Positions 56,045 to 64,000 of a stretch of 64,000 bases of DNA are shown here, piece by piece. Source of the stretch: Candidatus Iainarchaeum sp. Lineage in GTDB: Archaea; Iainarchaeota; Iainarchaeia; Iainarchaeales; UBA10219. The stretch is from NCBI GenBank assembly GCA_018304425.1, contig JAGVWE010000002.1, positions 320,001 through 384,000 of the forward strand, read 5' to 3'. Below the pieces are notes generated by a model that made no database searches, had not been told where the DNA came from, and was given only the letters and a program-made list of their open reading frames with translations. The translations under genes and the position numbers were made by a program. Position 1 is the stretch's first letter. The number at the start of each line of letters is the position of its first letter.

Positions 56045-57292
56045 ATGGGATTGTTCAAAATCTATCCGGAACCGAAAGAAGGCCAAAAAATCGAGATGAA
56101 GAAGGGCAAGCTGTGGGTTCCAGACAAACCGATCATCCCCGTCATCTATGGGGATGGATCTGGGCCGGACTGCTCCAAGAACGGGATTACGGTCCTAGAC
56201 GCAGCGGTCAAGAAGGCTTACGGCGGCAGGAAGAAGATTGTCTGGTTCCCAGTGGAAGCCGGCCAGGAAGCCTTCAACAAGCGCGGGGAATGGATGCCTA
56301 CCGACACCACCACCGCCATCAAACACTACTTGGTCTCCATCAAGGGCCCCCTGGAGACTCCGGTGGGCGGGGGCCACCGAAGCCTGAACGTGGCGTTGCG
56401 CCAGGAATGCGACCTGTACTGCTGCGTGCGGCCCGTGCAATGGTTTGAAGGCGTGCCTAACCCAGTCAAGGAACCGGAGAAGCTGGACGTGGTCGTCTTC
56501 CGGGAGAACACCGAGGACGTGTACGCGGGCATCGAGTGGAAACAGGGAACCCCGGAAGCCCAGAAAATGATTGCATTCCTTGCCACCCAGATGGGGAAGA
56601 AGGTGCGCGCTGATTCCGGCATTGGCGTCAAGCCCATGAGCGCAACCGGCAGCAAGCGCCTGATTCGAGCGGCCATAAAATACGCCATCGCCAACAAGCG
56701 GAGAAGCGTTACGATGATGCACAAGGGAAACATCATGAAATTCACGGAGGGTGCCTTCAGGGAATGGGGTTATGAGGTCGCGAAGGAATTCGGCGACCAG
56801 GTGGTTACGGAACAGGAAATCGCGGAAAAGTTCGGCGGCCAGAAACCAGAAGGAAAAGTCCTAGTCAACGACCGCATCGCTGACAGCATGTTCCAGCAAA
56901 TCCTGCTCAGGCCCGGCGAATACGATGTTATCGCGACGCCCAACCTCAATGGAGACTACATCTCGGACGCAGCCGCCGCCCAAGTGGGCGGACTGGGAAT
57001 CGCGCCGGGCGGCAACATCAATTACGACACGGGCTTGGCTGTTTTTGAGGCCACGCATGGCACCGCACCCAAGTACGCGGGCCAGGACAAGGTCAACCCA
57101 GGCAGCTTCATCCTGTCCGGTGTAATGATGCTGGAATACCTGGGCTGGAAGGAAGCCGCAGCCCTGGTGAACCGCGGCTTTGCGGGGGCCATTAAAGCCA
57201 AGCGTGTCACCTACGACTTTGCCCGCCAGATGGAAGGCGCGGAAGAAGTCAAGTCCTCCGAGTTCGCACAGGAAATCATCAAGCACATGTGA
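56045..57292 (+). CDS. icd: Isocitrate dehydrogenase (E. coli-like type, probably NADP)
   Basis: [51 protein letters not shown]. Confidence 0.96.
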   Translation: MGLFKIYPEPKEGQKIEMKKGKLWVPDKPIIPVIYGDGSGPDCSKNGITVLDAAVKKAYGGRKKIVWFPVEAGQEAFNKRGEWMPTDTTTAIKHYLVSIKGPLETPVGGGHRSLNVALRQECDLYCCVRPVQWFEGVPNPVKEPEKLDVVVFRENTEDVYAGIEWKQGTPEAQKMIAFLATQMGKKVRADSGIGVKPMSATGSKRLIRAAIKYAIANKRRSVTMMHKGNIMKFTEGAFREWGYEVAKEFGDQVVTEQEIAEKFGGQKPEGKVLVNDRIADSMFQQILLRPGEYDVIATPNLNGDYISDAAAAQVGGLGIAPGGNINYDTGLAVFEATHGTAPKYAGQDKVNPGSFILSGVMMLEYLGWKEAAALVNRGFAGAIKAKRVTYDFARQMEGAEEVKSSEFAQEIIKHM

Positions 57293-57297
57293 ACCCC

Positions 57298-58515
57298 ATG
57301 AAGCTCTACGAATTCGAAGGCAAGCAGTTGCTAAAGGCCTGCGGGGTCCCGGTGCCTGAGGGACGAGTTGTTTGCAGGGCTGAAGAAATTGGGGAAATAA
57401 CTGAACCAACCATAGTCAAAGCCCAGGCCCTGTCAGGCAAGCGCGGCAAGGCCGGGCTCATCAGCCTCTGCCGGGACCAGGCGGAAACGGAAGCAGCGGC
57501 AAGGAAAGTGTCCGGGGCGGTGCACAACGGGGAAAAAATCGAAAAAGTCCTGCTTGAACAAGCCCTGCAGATAAAGGAAGAACATTATGCGTGCATAACG
57601 TATGACACGCTGACGCGGGGCCCCCTGCTTATCTTCTGCGCGCAGGGCGGCATGGACATCGAGGAAGTGAAGGAGCAGGCCCCGAAAAAAGTGGTCACGC
57701 AGCCCATTGACCTGAATTATGGATTGCAGGGCTGGCAGGCACGACAGGCACTCAGCAAGGCAGGGATTTCGGGCCTGAAAATGATCAAGCTCGCGGAATT
57801 CATCACGCGGATGTGGAACTGCTTCCAACGATACGATTGCCGGACGGTGGAAGTGAACCCACTGGTGGAAACCGAGGGCGAGGACTTGTTCGCCTGCGAC
57901 GCCAAAGTCGTCCTGGACGACGATGCGCTCTACCGGCATCCGGAGCTTGACTTTCCGCCCCGCAGCCCCGGACGCCAGCAGACCCAAAAAGAACTGCAAG
58001 CCAAGGAAATCGACAAGAACGACCACCGGGGCAGCGTGGGCAGCACGTACATCGACCTCCCGGGAGACATTGGGATCCTGGCTTCCGGAGGCGGGGCCAG
58101 CATCGTCATCATGGATGCGCTCCTGGAAGCCGGGGGCAAGCCAGCCAACTTTACGGAGTACTCGGGAAACCCACCCGGCGAAAAAGTCGAAAAACTGACC
58201 AAAATCGTGCTGGACAAACCAGGCCTGAATGGGTGCTGGGTCGTGGGCGGAACGGCGAACTTCACGGACATCTACGTCACGCTAATAGACGGGTTCCTCA
58301 AGGGCTTGCGGGAAATCAAGCCCAAGCCAGACTACCCCATAGTCATACGGCGAGGAGGGCCACGGGATGAAGAGGCATTTAAGGCCCTGCGGGAAGCGGC
58401 AGCCAGGGAAGGCTGGGACTTCCACATCTATGGGCGGGATACCTCCATGACGTCCACCGCGAAAACCTTGATGGACCTGGTTGCAGCCTACAAGAAAAAG
58501 AAGGGGTCGAAGTAG
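57298..58515 (+). CDS. ATP-citrate lyase beta / citryl-CoA synthetase large subunit (ATP-grasp plus citrate-binding domain)
   Basis: KLYEFEGK, GKRGKAG, EVNPL; ACL-type SGGGAS, EYSGNP, GGTANFTD, RRGGP. Confidence 0.85.
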   Translation: MKLYEFEGKQLLKACGVPVPEGRVVCRAEEIGEITEPTIVKAQALSGKRGKAGLISLCRDQAETEAAARKVSGAVHNGEKIEKVLLEQALQIKEEHYACITYDTLTRGPLLIFCAQGGMDIEEVKEQAPKKVVTQPIDLNYGLQGWQARQALSKAGISGLKMIKLAEFITRMWNCFQRYDCRTVEVNPLVETEGEDLFACDAKVVLDDDALYRHPELDFPPRSPGRQQTQKELQAKEIDKNDHRGSVGSTYIDLPGDIGILASGGGASIVIMDALLEAGGKPANFTEYSGNPPGEKVEKLTKIVLDKPGLNGCWVVGGTANFTDIYVTLIDGFLKGLREIKPKPDYPIVIRRGGPRDEEAFKALREAAAREGWDFHIYGRDTSMTSTAKTLMDLVAAYKKKKGSK

Positions 58516-59409
58516 ATGGCGATACTCGTGACGCAAAAGACCGTGGCCTGCGTGCAAGGGATTACGGGCAAGGAGGGAAGCAAGGCCGCCAGACAGATGC
58601 AGGCATATGGCACCAAGGTCGTGGCAGGCGTAACTCCAGGCAAGGGCGGGGAAAGCGTGGAAGGCATCCCGGTGTATGACACCATCGAACAAGCCAAACA
58701 AGCGCACCCTGAAATCAATGCCACCAGTATTTACGTCCCCCCTACGGGGGTGAAGGATGCGGCCTTCGAGGCCCTGGCCCATGGGGTTTCCCTGGTTCAC
58801 ATCTTCAGCGAAAAGGTTCCCATCATGGACGCGACGGCGCTCTATCACTTTGCACGCCTCAAGGGCGCACGCGTGGTCGGCCCCAGCTCCATCGGCATCC
58901 TGAGCCCAGGCCATGGAAAGATGGGAAGCATTGGGGGCAGCAACCCTGCGGAGACCTTCCAAAAAGGGGAGGTCGGGGTCATCTCGAAGTCGGGGGGGAT
59001 GGTACGGGAACTATCCTGGCTCTTGATGAAGGCCGGGCTTGGCAATACGACGGCCATTGGCATGGGTGGAGACGTGATTGCGGCCAGTACCTACACGGAC
59101 TACCTGGAACTGTTTGAAGCGGATCCGGAAACCAAGGCGGTTGTGCTCTTCGGGGAGCATGGAGGCACGTATGAACAGCAGGCGGCCCAGATGCTGAAAC
59201 AAAAGAAGTTCACCAAACCCCTCATCGCGTTGATTGCGGGAAAGTTCGCTGGCACGCTACCCGGCTCGGTGCAGTTGGGCCATGCGGGCGCGATCATTGA
59301 GGGTAAGTGGGGCACCACGGAAAGCAAAATAGAGGAACTCCGGAAGGCGGGGGCTCACATCGCGAAAATCCCGGATGACATACCTGATTTGGTTAAAAAG
59401 TTTGCTTAG
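58516..59409 (+). CDS. Citryl-CoA synthetase small subunit (succinyl-CoA synthetase alpha-like)
   Basis: QGITG, GVTPGKGG, SKSGG, phospho-His GHAGA. Confidence 0.85.
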   Translation: MAILVTQKTVACVQGITGKEGSKAARQMQAYGTKVVAGVTPGKGGESVEGIPVYDTIEQAKQAHPEINATSIYVPPTGVKDAAFEALAHGVSLVHIFSEKVPIMDATALYHFARLKGARVVGPSSIGILSPGHGKMGSIGGSNPAETFQKGEVGVISKSGGMVRELSWLLMKAGLGNTTAIGMGGDVIAASTYTDYLELFEADPETKAVVLFGEHGGTYEQQAAQMLKQKKFTKPLIALIAGKFAGTLPGSVQLGHAGAIIEGKWGTTESKIEELRKAGAHIAKIPDDIPDLVKKFA

Positions 59410-59415
59410 CGAGAG

Positions 59416-60195
59416 ATGGATATGGAAGCAGGCGAAAAGAAGTGGAAAACCGCCATTACGGGCCACGTAAACGGCGAGCCCTACGTGCGTGGCTACAACC
59501 TGCTGGAAATGGTGGAAAAACTGCGTTTCACGAAAGCCATTTACTTGGTGCTCAAGGGAGAGTTGCCCAAGGAAAACGAGGAAAAAATGTTGAACGCCAT
59601 GCTCGTCAGCTGCATTGACCATGGCCTTGGACCCCCTAGTGTCACCGCGGCAAGGGTGGTGCTGTCCGGTGGAAACCCGTTGAATGCAGGGGTTGCCGCC
59701 GGGGTGCTTACCTTGGGAGACAGCCACGGAGGCGCGATTGAAAATTGCGCGAAGGCACTGCAGACTGCCGTTAAGAAAGGAAAACCAGTAACGGATTTGT
59801 CGAGGGAAATAGTCGAAAAAGCACGATTTAGCCGGGAGCGCATCCCGGGCTTCGGACATCGCATCTACATAACCGACCCGCGAACTGAAATCCTGCTCAA
59901 AAAAGCCAAGGAACTCGGTTACTACGGCAAGCACACGGAGTTGGCCGTGCAAATCGAGAAAGACCTGGAGAAAGCACTGGGCAAGAAACAGTGCCTGAAT
60001 GTCGATGGCTGCATTGCAGCCATCATCTCGGAAATGGGCTTCGATTACCGCTTGGGTAAGGGGTTCTTCATCATCGGCCGCGTGCCCGGTCTGGTGGCAC
60101 ACGCCTTCGAGGAAATGACGCGCGAAAAACCATTTAGAAGACTCGAAGAAGAAGAGATGGCCTACGACGGGCCGGCACCCAGAAAACTTCCTTGA
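59416..60195 (+). CDS. Citryl-CoA lyase (citrate-synthase-like fold)
   Basis: DHG, HGGA, PGFGHR, NVDG; about 260 aa, too short for a canonical citrate synthase. Confidence 0.85.
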   Translation: MDMEAGEKKWKTAITGHVNGEPYVRGYNLLEMVEKLRFTKAIYLVLKGELPKENEEKMLNAMLVSCIDHGLGPPSVTAARVVLSGGNPLNAGVAAGVLTLGDSHGGAIENCAKALQTAVKKGKPVTDLSREIVEKARFSRERIPGFGHRIYITDPRTEILLKKAKELGYYGKHTELAVQIEKDLEKALGKKQCLNVDGCIAAIISEMGFDYRLGKGFFIIGRVPGLVAHAFEEMTREKPFRRLEEEEMAYDGPAPRKLP

Positions 60196-60199
60196 GCCA

Positions 60200-61411
60200 T
60201 TAACCCCAGACCGGGACGTTGAACTTCTTCACGGCCTTGACCACTGCTTTGGCCACGACGCTGGCTACGCCTTTTTCAAGCGAGTAGGGAACGATGCGGT
60301 CTGCCGTTGGCTTTTTCACGCAGCCGGCGAGGGCCATGGAAGCGGCTTCCCGCATTTCCATGGTTACTTTCATGGCATGCGAGTCCAGCGCGCCCCTGAA
60401 CAGGCCCGGAAAAGCGAGCACGTTATTGACTTGGTTGGGGTAATCGCTTCGCCCCGTGGCAATGACGGCGGCCCCTCCCTTCTTGGCTTCCCCTGGCAGG
60501 ATTTCCGGCGCTGGATTCGCCATAGCAAAGACAATGGCCTTCCGGGCCATGGACGCAATGTGCTTGTGGTTTAGGAGATTGGCTACGCTGACCCCGATGA
60601 AGACATCCGCGTCCACCAAGGCCTCTTCCAGGGTCTGCGCGTTGGAATGGTTATTGGTGTAGGCGAGCGCGGCCTGCTTGTAGGGGTTCAAGTCGGTGCG
60701 GCCACGGTGCACGGCCCCCTTGCTGTCGCAAAGAATAACCTCCTTGACCGGGGGTAGGATGGCCTCGGTTTGGCCGATGTTCAACAAGACCCGGGCAATG
60801 TCCAAGCCGGCGGCGCCTGCGCCTGAGATGGCGACCTTGAGCTCGCCCATGTCCTTCTTCACGACTTTGAGCGCATTGATGAGCGCGGCGTAAACGACGG
60901 TTGAAGTGCCATGCTGGTCGTCGTGCATGACCGGGATGCCCAGGTCCTGCAATTGGGTCTCGACCTCAAAGCAACGGGGCGCGGAAATATCTTCCAGGTT
61001 GATGCCGCCAAAAACCGGTGAGATAAGCCTGATTGTTTCGACCAGCTTGGCCGGGTCCTGCGAATCGATGCACACGGGAAAGGCATCGATGCCGGCGAAT
61101 TCCTTGAATAAGATGGCCTTGCCCTCCATAACCGGTAGGGCGGCTTTTGCCCCAATATTGCCCAGGCCAAGCACGGCTGAGCCATCGGAGATCACGGCCA
61201 CGCAGTTGCCCTTAATAGTGTAATCGTAGAGCCGCTGGGGGTTCTTCTGGATTTCCAGGCATGGCTGCGCGACGCCCGGCGTGTAGGCCAGGGAGAGGTC
61301 GCGCTTGGACTTCAGCTTGACCTTTGACTGAATGGAAAGCTTGCCACGCAAGCGCCGGTGGAACTTTAGGGAGGCCTGGTAAACATCCACGGTTTCACCG
61401 CACGCCTTCAC
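60200..61411 (-). CDS. NAD(P)-dependent malic enzyme
   Basis: LAYTPGVA, VMEGKA, NLEDI, HDDQHGT, GAGAAG, TGRSDYPNQVNN. Confidence 0.95.
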   Translation of the reverse strand: MKACGETVDVYQASLKFHRRLRGKLSIQSKVKLKSKRDLSLAYTPGVAQPCLEIQKNPQRLYDYTIKGNCVAVISDGSAVLGLGNIGAKAALPVMEGKAILFKEFAGIDAFPVCIDSQDPAKLVETIRLISPVFGGINLEDISAPRCFEVETQLQDLGIPVMHDDQHGTSTVVYAALINALKVVKKDMGELKVAISGAGAAGLDIARVLLNIGQTEAILPPVKEVILCDSKGAVHRGRTDLNPYKQAALAYTNNHSNAQTLEEALVDADVFIGVSVANLLNHKHIASMARKAIVFAMANPAPEILPGEAKKGGAAVIATGRSDYPNQVNNVLAFPGLFRGALDSHAMKVTMEMREAASMALAGCVKKPTADRIVPYSLEKGVASVVAKAVVKAVKKFNVPVWG

Positions 61412-61638
61412 ATGCCCAACGCTTTCTTGAGCGCTTCCTTGTCAAAACCAATGATGATCTTTCCGTTCACGTCAATGACCGGAACGCCGTTCTGCCCAGA
61501 CTTTTCAATCATTTCCTTGGCTGCCCTCGAATCGGCGGCCACATTGATGTCCGAAAAAGCGACCTTGCTGGCTTTCAAGAAATCCTTCGCCAAGTGGCAA
61601 TAAGGGCATGTGGGCGTAGAATAAACGGTTACCTTCAT
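61408..61638 (-). CDS. Glutaredoxin/NrdH-like redoxin
   Basis: YSTPTCPYC, SGQNGVPVI; paralog of 52173-52406. Confidence 0.92.
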   Translation of the reverse strand: MKVTVYSTPTCPYCHLAKDFLKASKVAFSDINVAADSRAAKEMIEKSGQNGVPVIDVNGKIIIGFDKEALKKALGM

Positions 61639-61767
61639 GGTGTTCCCTCCTGTTAGCTAACCCAATAGAATAGGGGGGAAAACATTAAATAAAAGAGGCC
61701 CCCCGTCCATTGAATAACCAAGACAACAAAGCTTAAATTATGGTTTTACCACGCTTTTCTTGATTTT

Positions 61768-62403
61768 ATGCGCGGCTCTGCCTGGGGGTGTCTACTGGTT
61801 TTATTGGTTTTTATCACGGGCTGCGTGGTGGAAATAAACGAAGCCACCCAACCACAAGCCCCTGCAGGCGATGAAAAAAGCGTGGAACCCAAAATTGTGC
61901 AACCAGTGGACCCTACCCCAAAACGGCCCTGGAACCCGAGAAAAACCCCGCCGCCAGCCGCAGTCCCGGAACCAGCACCAACCAACGTTGAAACCGGGAA
62001 ACCGCCTGCTGCCGAGCCCCCACCGGAAGAAACCCCGGCGCCCGCCCCCGTGGAAGAAGAACCCAGTGTGGAACCGGCCGCCGAAGAAGGCAAGCCCAAA
62101 CTACGCCCAAAAGAAATAACGCTTTACATGGCTGCCTGGTCCTATAACCCGAAAGAGATAACCGTGGTCCAAGGCGATTTGGTGCGGCTGAACCTGAAAT
62201 CGAACAGCAACGGTTACGGGGATGGCATCGGCTTCAAGGTGGAGGGGCTACCGGTTACGGCCCTGGTCAAGAAAGGTGAAACCAAGACCGTGGAGTTCGT
62301 GGCAGAAAGTGCGGGCACGTTTGTATTCACTTGTGGGACCCCCTGTGGACCCGGGCACATAGCGGACATGATGGGAAAAATCATCGTCATTGGCGGGAAC
62401 TAA
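61768..62403 (+). CDS. Lipoprotein with cupredoxin (CuA-like) domain
   Basis: ITGC lipobox, Pro/Glu stalk, CGTPCGPGHIADM. Confidence 0.82.
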   Translation: MRGSAWGCLLVLLVFITGCVVEINEATQPQAPAGDEKSVEPKIVQPVDPTPKRPWNPRKTPPPAAVPEPAPTNVETGKPPAAEPPPEETPAPAPVEEEPSVEPAAEEGKPKLRPKEITLYMAAWSYNPKEITVVQGDLVRLNLKSNSNGYGDGIGFKVEGLPVTALVKKGETKTVEFVAESAGTFVFTCGTPCGPGHIADMMGKIIVIGGN

Positions 62404-63798
62404 ATGCCTGGAACCGCTTCACTCGAACCCTTTTTCTCGCCCCAAAGCGTGGCAGTCATCGGCGCTTCAAGGACCCCGGGCAAAATCGGGTATGCGGTGT
62501 CGGAAAACCTCATAAAGGCCGGTTTCAAGGGAAAACTGTTCCTGGTCAACCCCCAGGCAGAAGAAATCCTTGGCCGCCCCTGCGTGAAAAGCGTTTCCCA
62601 ACTCAATGGAATCGACCTGGGAATTGTATGCGTGCCCGCTGAACTCGTGCCAGGCATCGTCGCCGAATGCGGGAAAAAACGGTTTAAAGCGCTGGTAATC
62701 ATCAGCTCCGGGTTCGACGAAATAGGGAACCAGGAATTGACCGAAAAACTCAGGCGAGCCCTGCGCCCCTTCCCAACCATGCGCGTCATTGGCCCCAATT
62801 GCCTGGGCATCATGAACATGAAAAACCGTGTGGACAGCCTCTTCCTCCCCGAATACCGGCTGAAGCGGCCGAAACCCGGCGGCATTTCATTCATTTCCCA
62901 GAGCGGGGCCGTTGGCTCGGCCATCCTGGACTGGGCCTCCATGATGGACTATGGGGTGGGGAAATTCATTTCCTATGGAAACGCCTTGGACATCGATGAA
63001 ACGGATTTGCTTACTTACTTGGTGAATGACCCGGAGACCAAGGTCATTGTCCTTTACTTGGAAGGCGTGAAATCTGGGCGAAAATTCTTTGAAGCCGCAA
63101 AAAAGCTGGCTTGGAAGAAGCCGGTCATTGTGCTCAAAGGAGGCATAACGGCCGAAGGTGGAAAGGCGGCCGGAAGCCATACTGGGAGCCTGGCTGGCAG
63201 CGCCCAAGTGTATGCCGCTGCATTCAAGCAAACTGGCATGATTCCAGCAGGCTGCCTCCAAGACTTGTTTGACTATGCCCGGACTTTCATCCATGCACCG
63301 GAAGCCAGGGGAAAACGGGTGCAAATCATAACCGATGGTGGGGGCTACGGCGTGGTGGCTGCGGACGCGGTTGCCTTAAATGGGTTGCAACTCGCCAACA
63401 TGCAGGAAAGCGCTCTGGCCGCCATGCGAAAGCAGATGCCAAGCTACGTGGTGCTCAAAAACCCCCTAGACCTCACGGGGGGAACTAGCAATGAATGGTA
63501 TGGCCTGGCATTGGGTGCGGCGCTAACCGACAAAAACGTGGACCTGATTGCCTTGATCATTCTCTTCCAAGTGCCTAACCTTACATCGGATGTCGTGCAA
63601 GTCATCTCAAACCTGAACGCACGCAAAACCAAGCCCTTGACCGTCATCTCCGTTGGCGGCGAATTCTCGGAAGTCCACAAAAGGGCCATGGAACACGACG
63701 GCATCGTCACCTTCTCCTACCCCGAGAATGCCATCCGCTCGCTCAAGGCGTTGGCCGACTTCTACGAATTCCAGCGAAAAAAGAAAAGAAAGCCTTGA
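62404..63798 (+). CDS. Acetate--CoA ligase (ADP-forming) alpha subunit
   Basis: SVAVIGAS, IGPNCLG, SQSGA, YLEG, phospho-His SHTGSLAG, NPLDL. Confidence 0.92.
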   Translation: MPGTASLEPFFSPQSVAVIGASRTPGKIGYAVSENLIKAGFKGKLFLVNPQAEEILGRPCVKSVSQLNGIDLGIVCVPAELVPGIVAECGKKRFKALVIISSGFDEIGNQELTEKLRRALRPFPTMRVIGPNCLGIMNMKNRVDSLFLPEYRLKRPKPGGISFISQSGAVGSAILDWASMMDYGVGKFISYGNALDIDETDLLTYLVNDPETKVIVLYLEGVKSGRKFFEAAKKLAWKKPVIVLKGGITAEGGKAAGSHTGSLAGSAQVYAAAFKQTGMIPAGCLQDLFDYARTFIHAPEARGKRVQIITDGGGYGVVAADAVALNGLQLANMQESALAAMRKQMPSYVVLKNPLDLTGGTSNEWYGLALGAALTDKNVDLIALIILFQVPNLTSDVVQVISNLNARKTKPLTVISVGGEFSEVHKRAMEHDGIVTFSYPENAIRSLKALADFYEFQRKKKRKP

Positions 63799-63999
63799 CT
63801 ATTGAGCGGACTCGATGGCGGCTTTGAAGTCGTCATAGGTTCGGTCTGAAAGCATCCGGCCGTTGACGAAGAACGTGGGCGTGCCCTGGATGCCAAGTGA
63901 GGAACCATCCGCCAAGTCCTTCTTGATTTCGTCCAGGTGCTTGGAAGAGTCAAGGCAGGCATCGAACTGGGTTGAGACTAGGCCCAGGTCAGCGGCGTA
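63799..63999 (-). CDS. DsbA-family thioredoxin-like protein, C-terminal part (runs off the window)
   Basis: YAADLGL...FDACLDS...GIQGTPTFFVNG, stop at 63799-63801. Confidence 0.85.
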   Translation of the reverse strand, partial: YAADLGLVSTQFDACLDSSKHLDEIKKDLADGSSLGIQGTPTFFVNGRMLSDRTYDDFKAAIESAQ

Positions 64000-64000
64000 C

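Noticed and set aside
57298-59409. Ordinary succinyl-CoA synthetase SucCD
   Set aside because: The beta subunit has ACL-type GGGAS/ANFTD/RRGGP rather than NGAGL/NIFGGI motifs and is followed by a citryl-CoA lyase
1-64000. tRNA, rRNA, IS elements, integrase or prophage
   Set aside because: Intergenic gaps are short; by eye I found no cloverleaf/T-loop signature, terminal inverted repeats or transposase/integrase motifs (a tRNAscan/Infernal run would be definitive)

Overview
Gene-dense, GC-rich archaeal chromosome segment. RadA, Pus10, archaeal PEP carboxylase, class III signal-peptide pilins and TATA-type promoters support an archaeal origin; a DPANN lineage such as Iainarchaeota or Micrarchaeota is an inference from gene content. 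I saw no rRNA, tRNA, CRISPR array or transposase. In order, the window holds: lipoproteins, radA, pus10 and a CBS+HPF hibernation-factor-like gene (0-9 kb); a type IV pilus locus bracketed by KaiC-like/receiver signalling genes (10-23 kb); a copper/thiol-redox island with CopA, CcdA, micro-ORFs and two proteins ending LP(D/N)MVGGC (23-31.5 kb); a minimal group-3-like [NiFe]-hydrogenase with a non-canonical accessory set and an Opp/Nik-type importer (31.5-41.6 kb); MetRS fused to a B3/4 editing-type domain next to a DUF62 SAM hydrolase (41.7-44.8 kb); a MacB-type ABC system; and a carbon/nitrogen cluster with gdhA, ppcA, aconitase, icd, a three-piece ATP-citrate lyase, malic enzyme and ADP-forming acetyl-CoA synthetase. 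The best candidates for undescribed systems are the MetRS-B3/4 + SAM hydrolase pair, the MVGGC copper operon and the DUF6390/HypC hydrogenase module. All family calls come from recognising motifs by eye; no searches were run.
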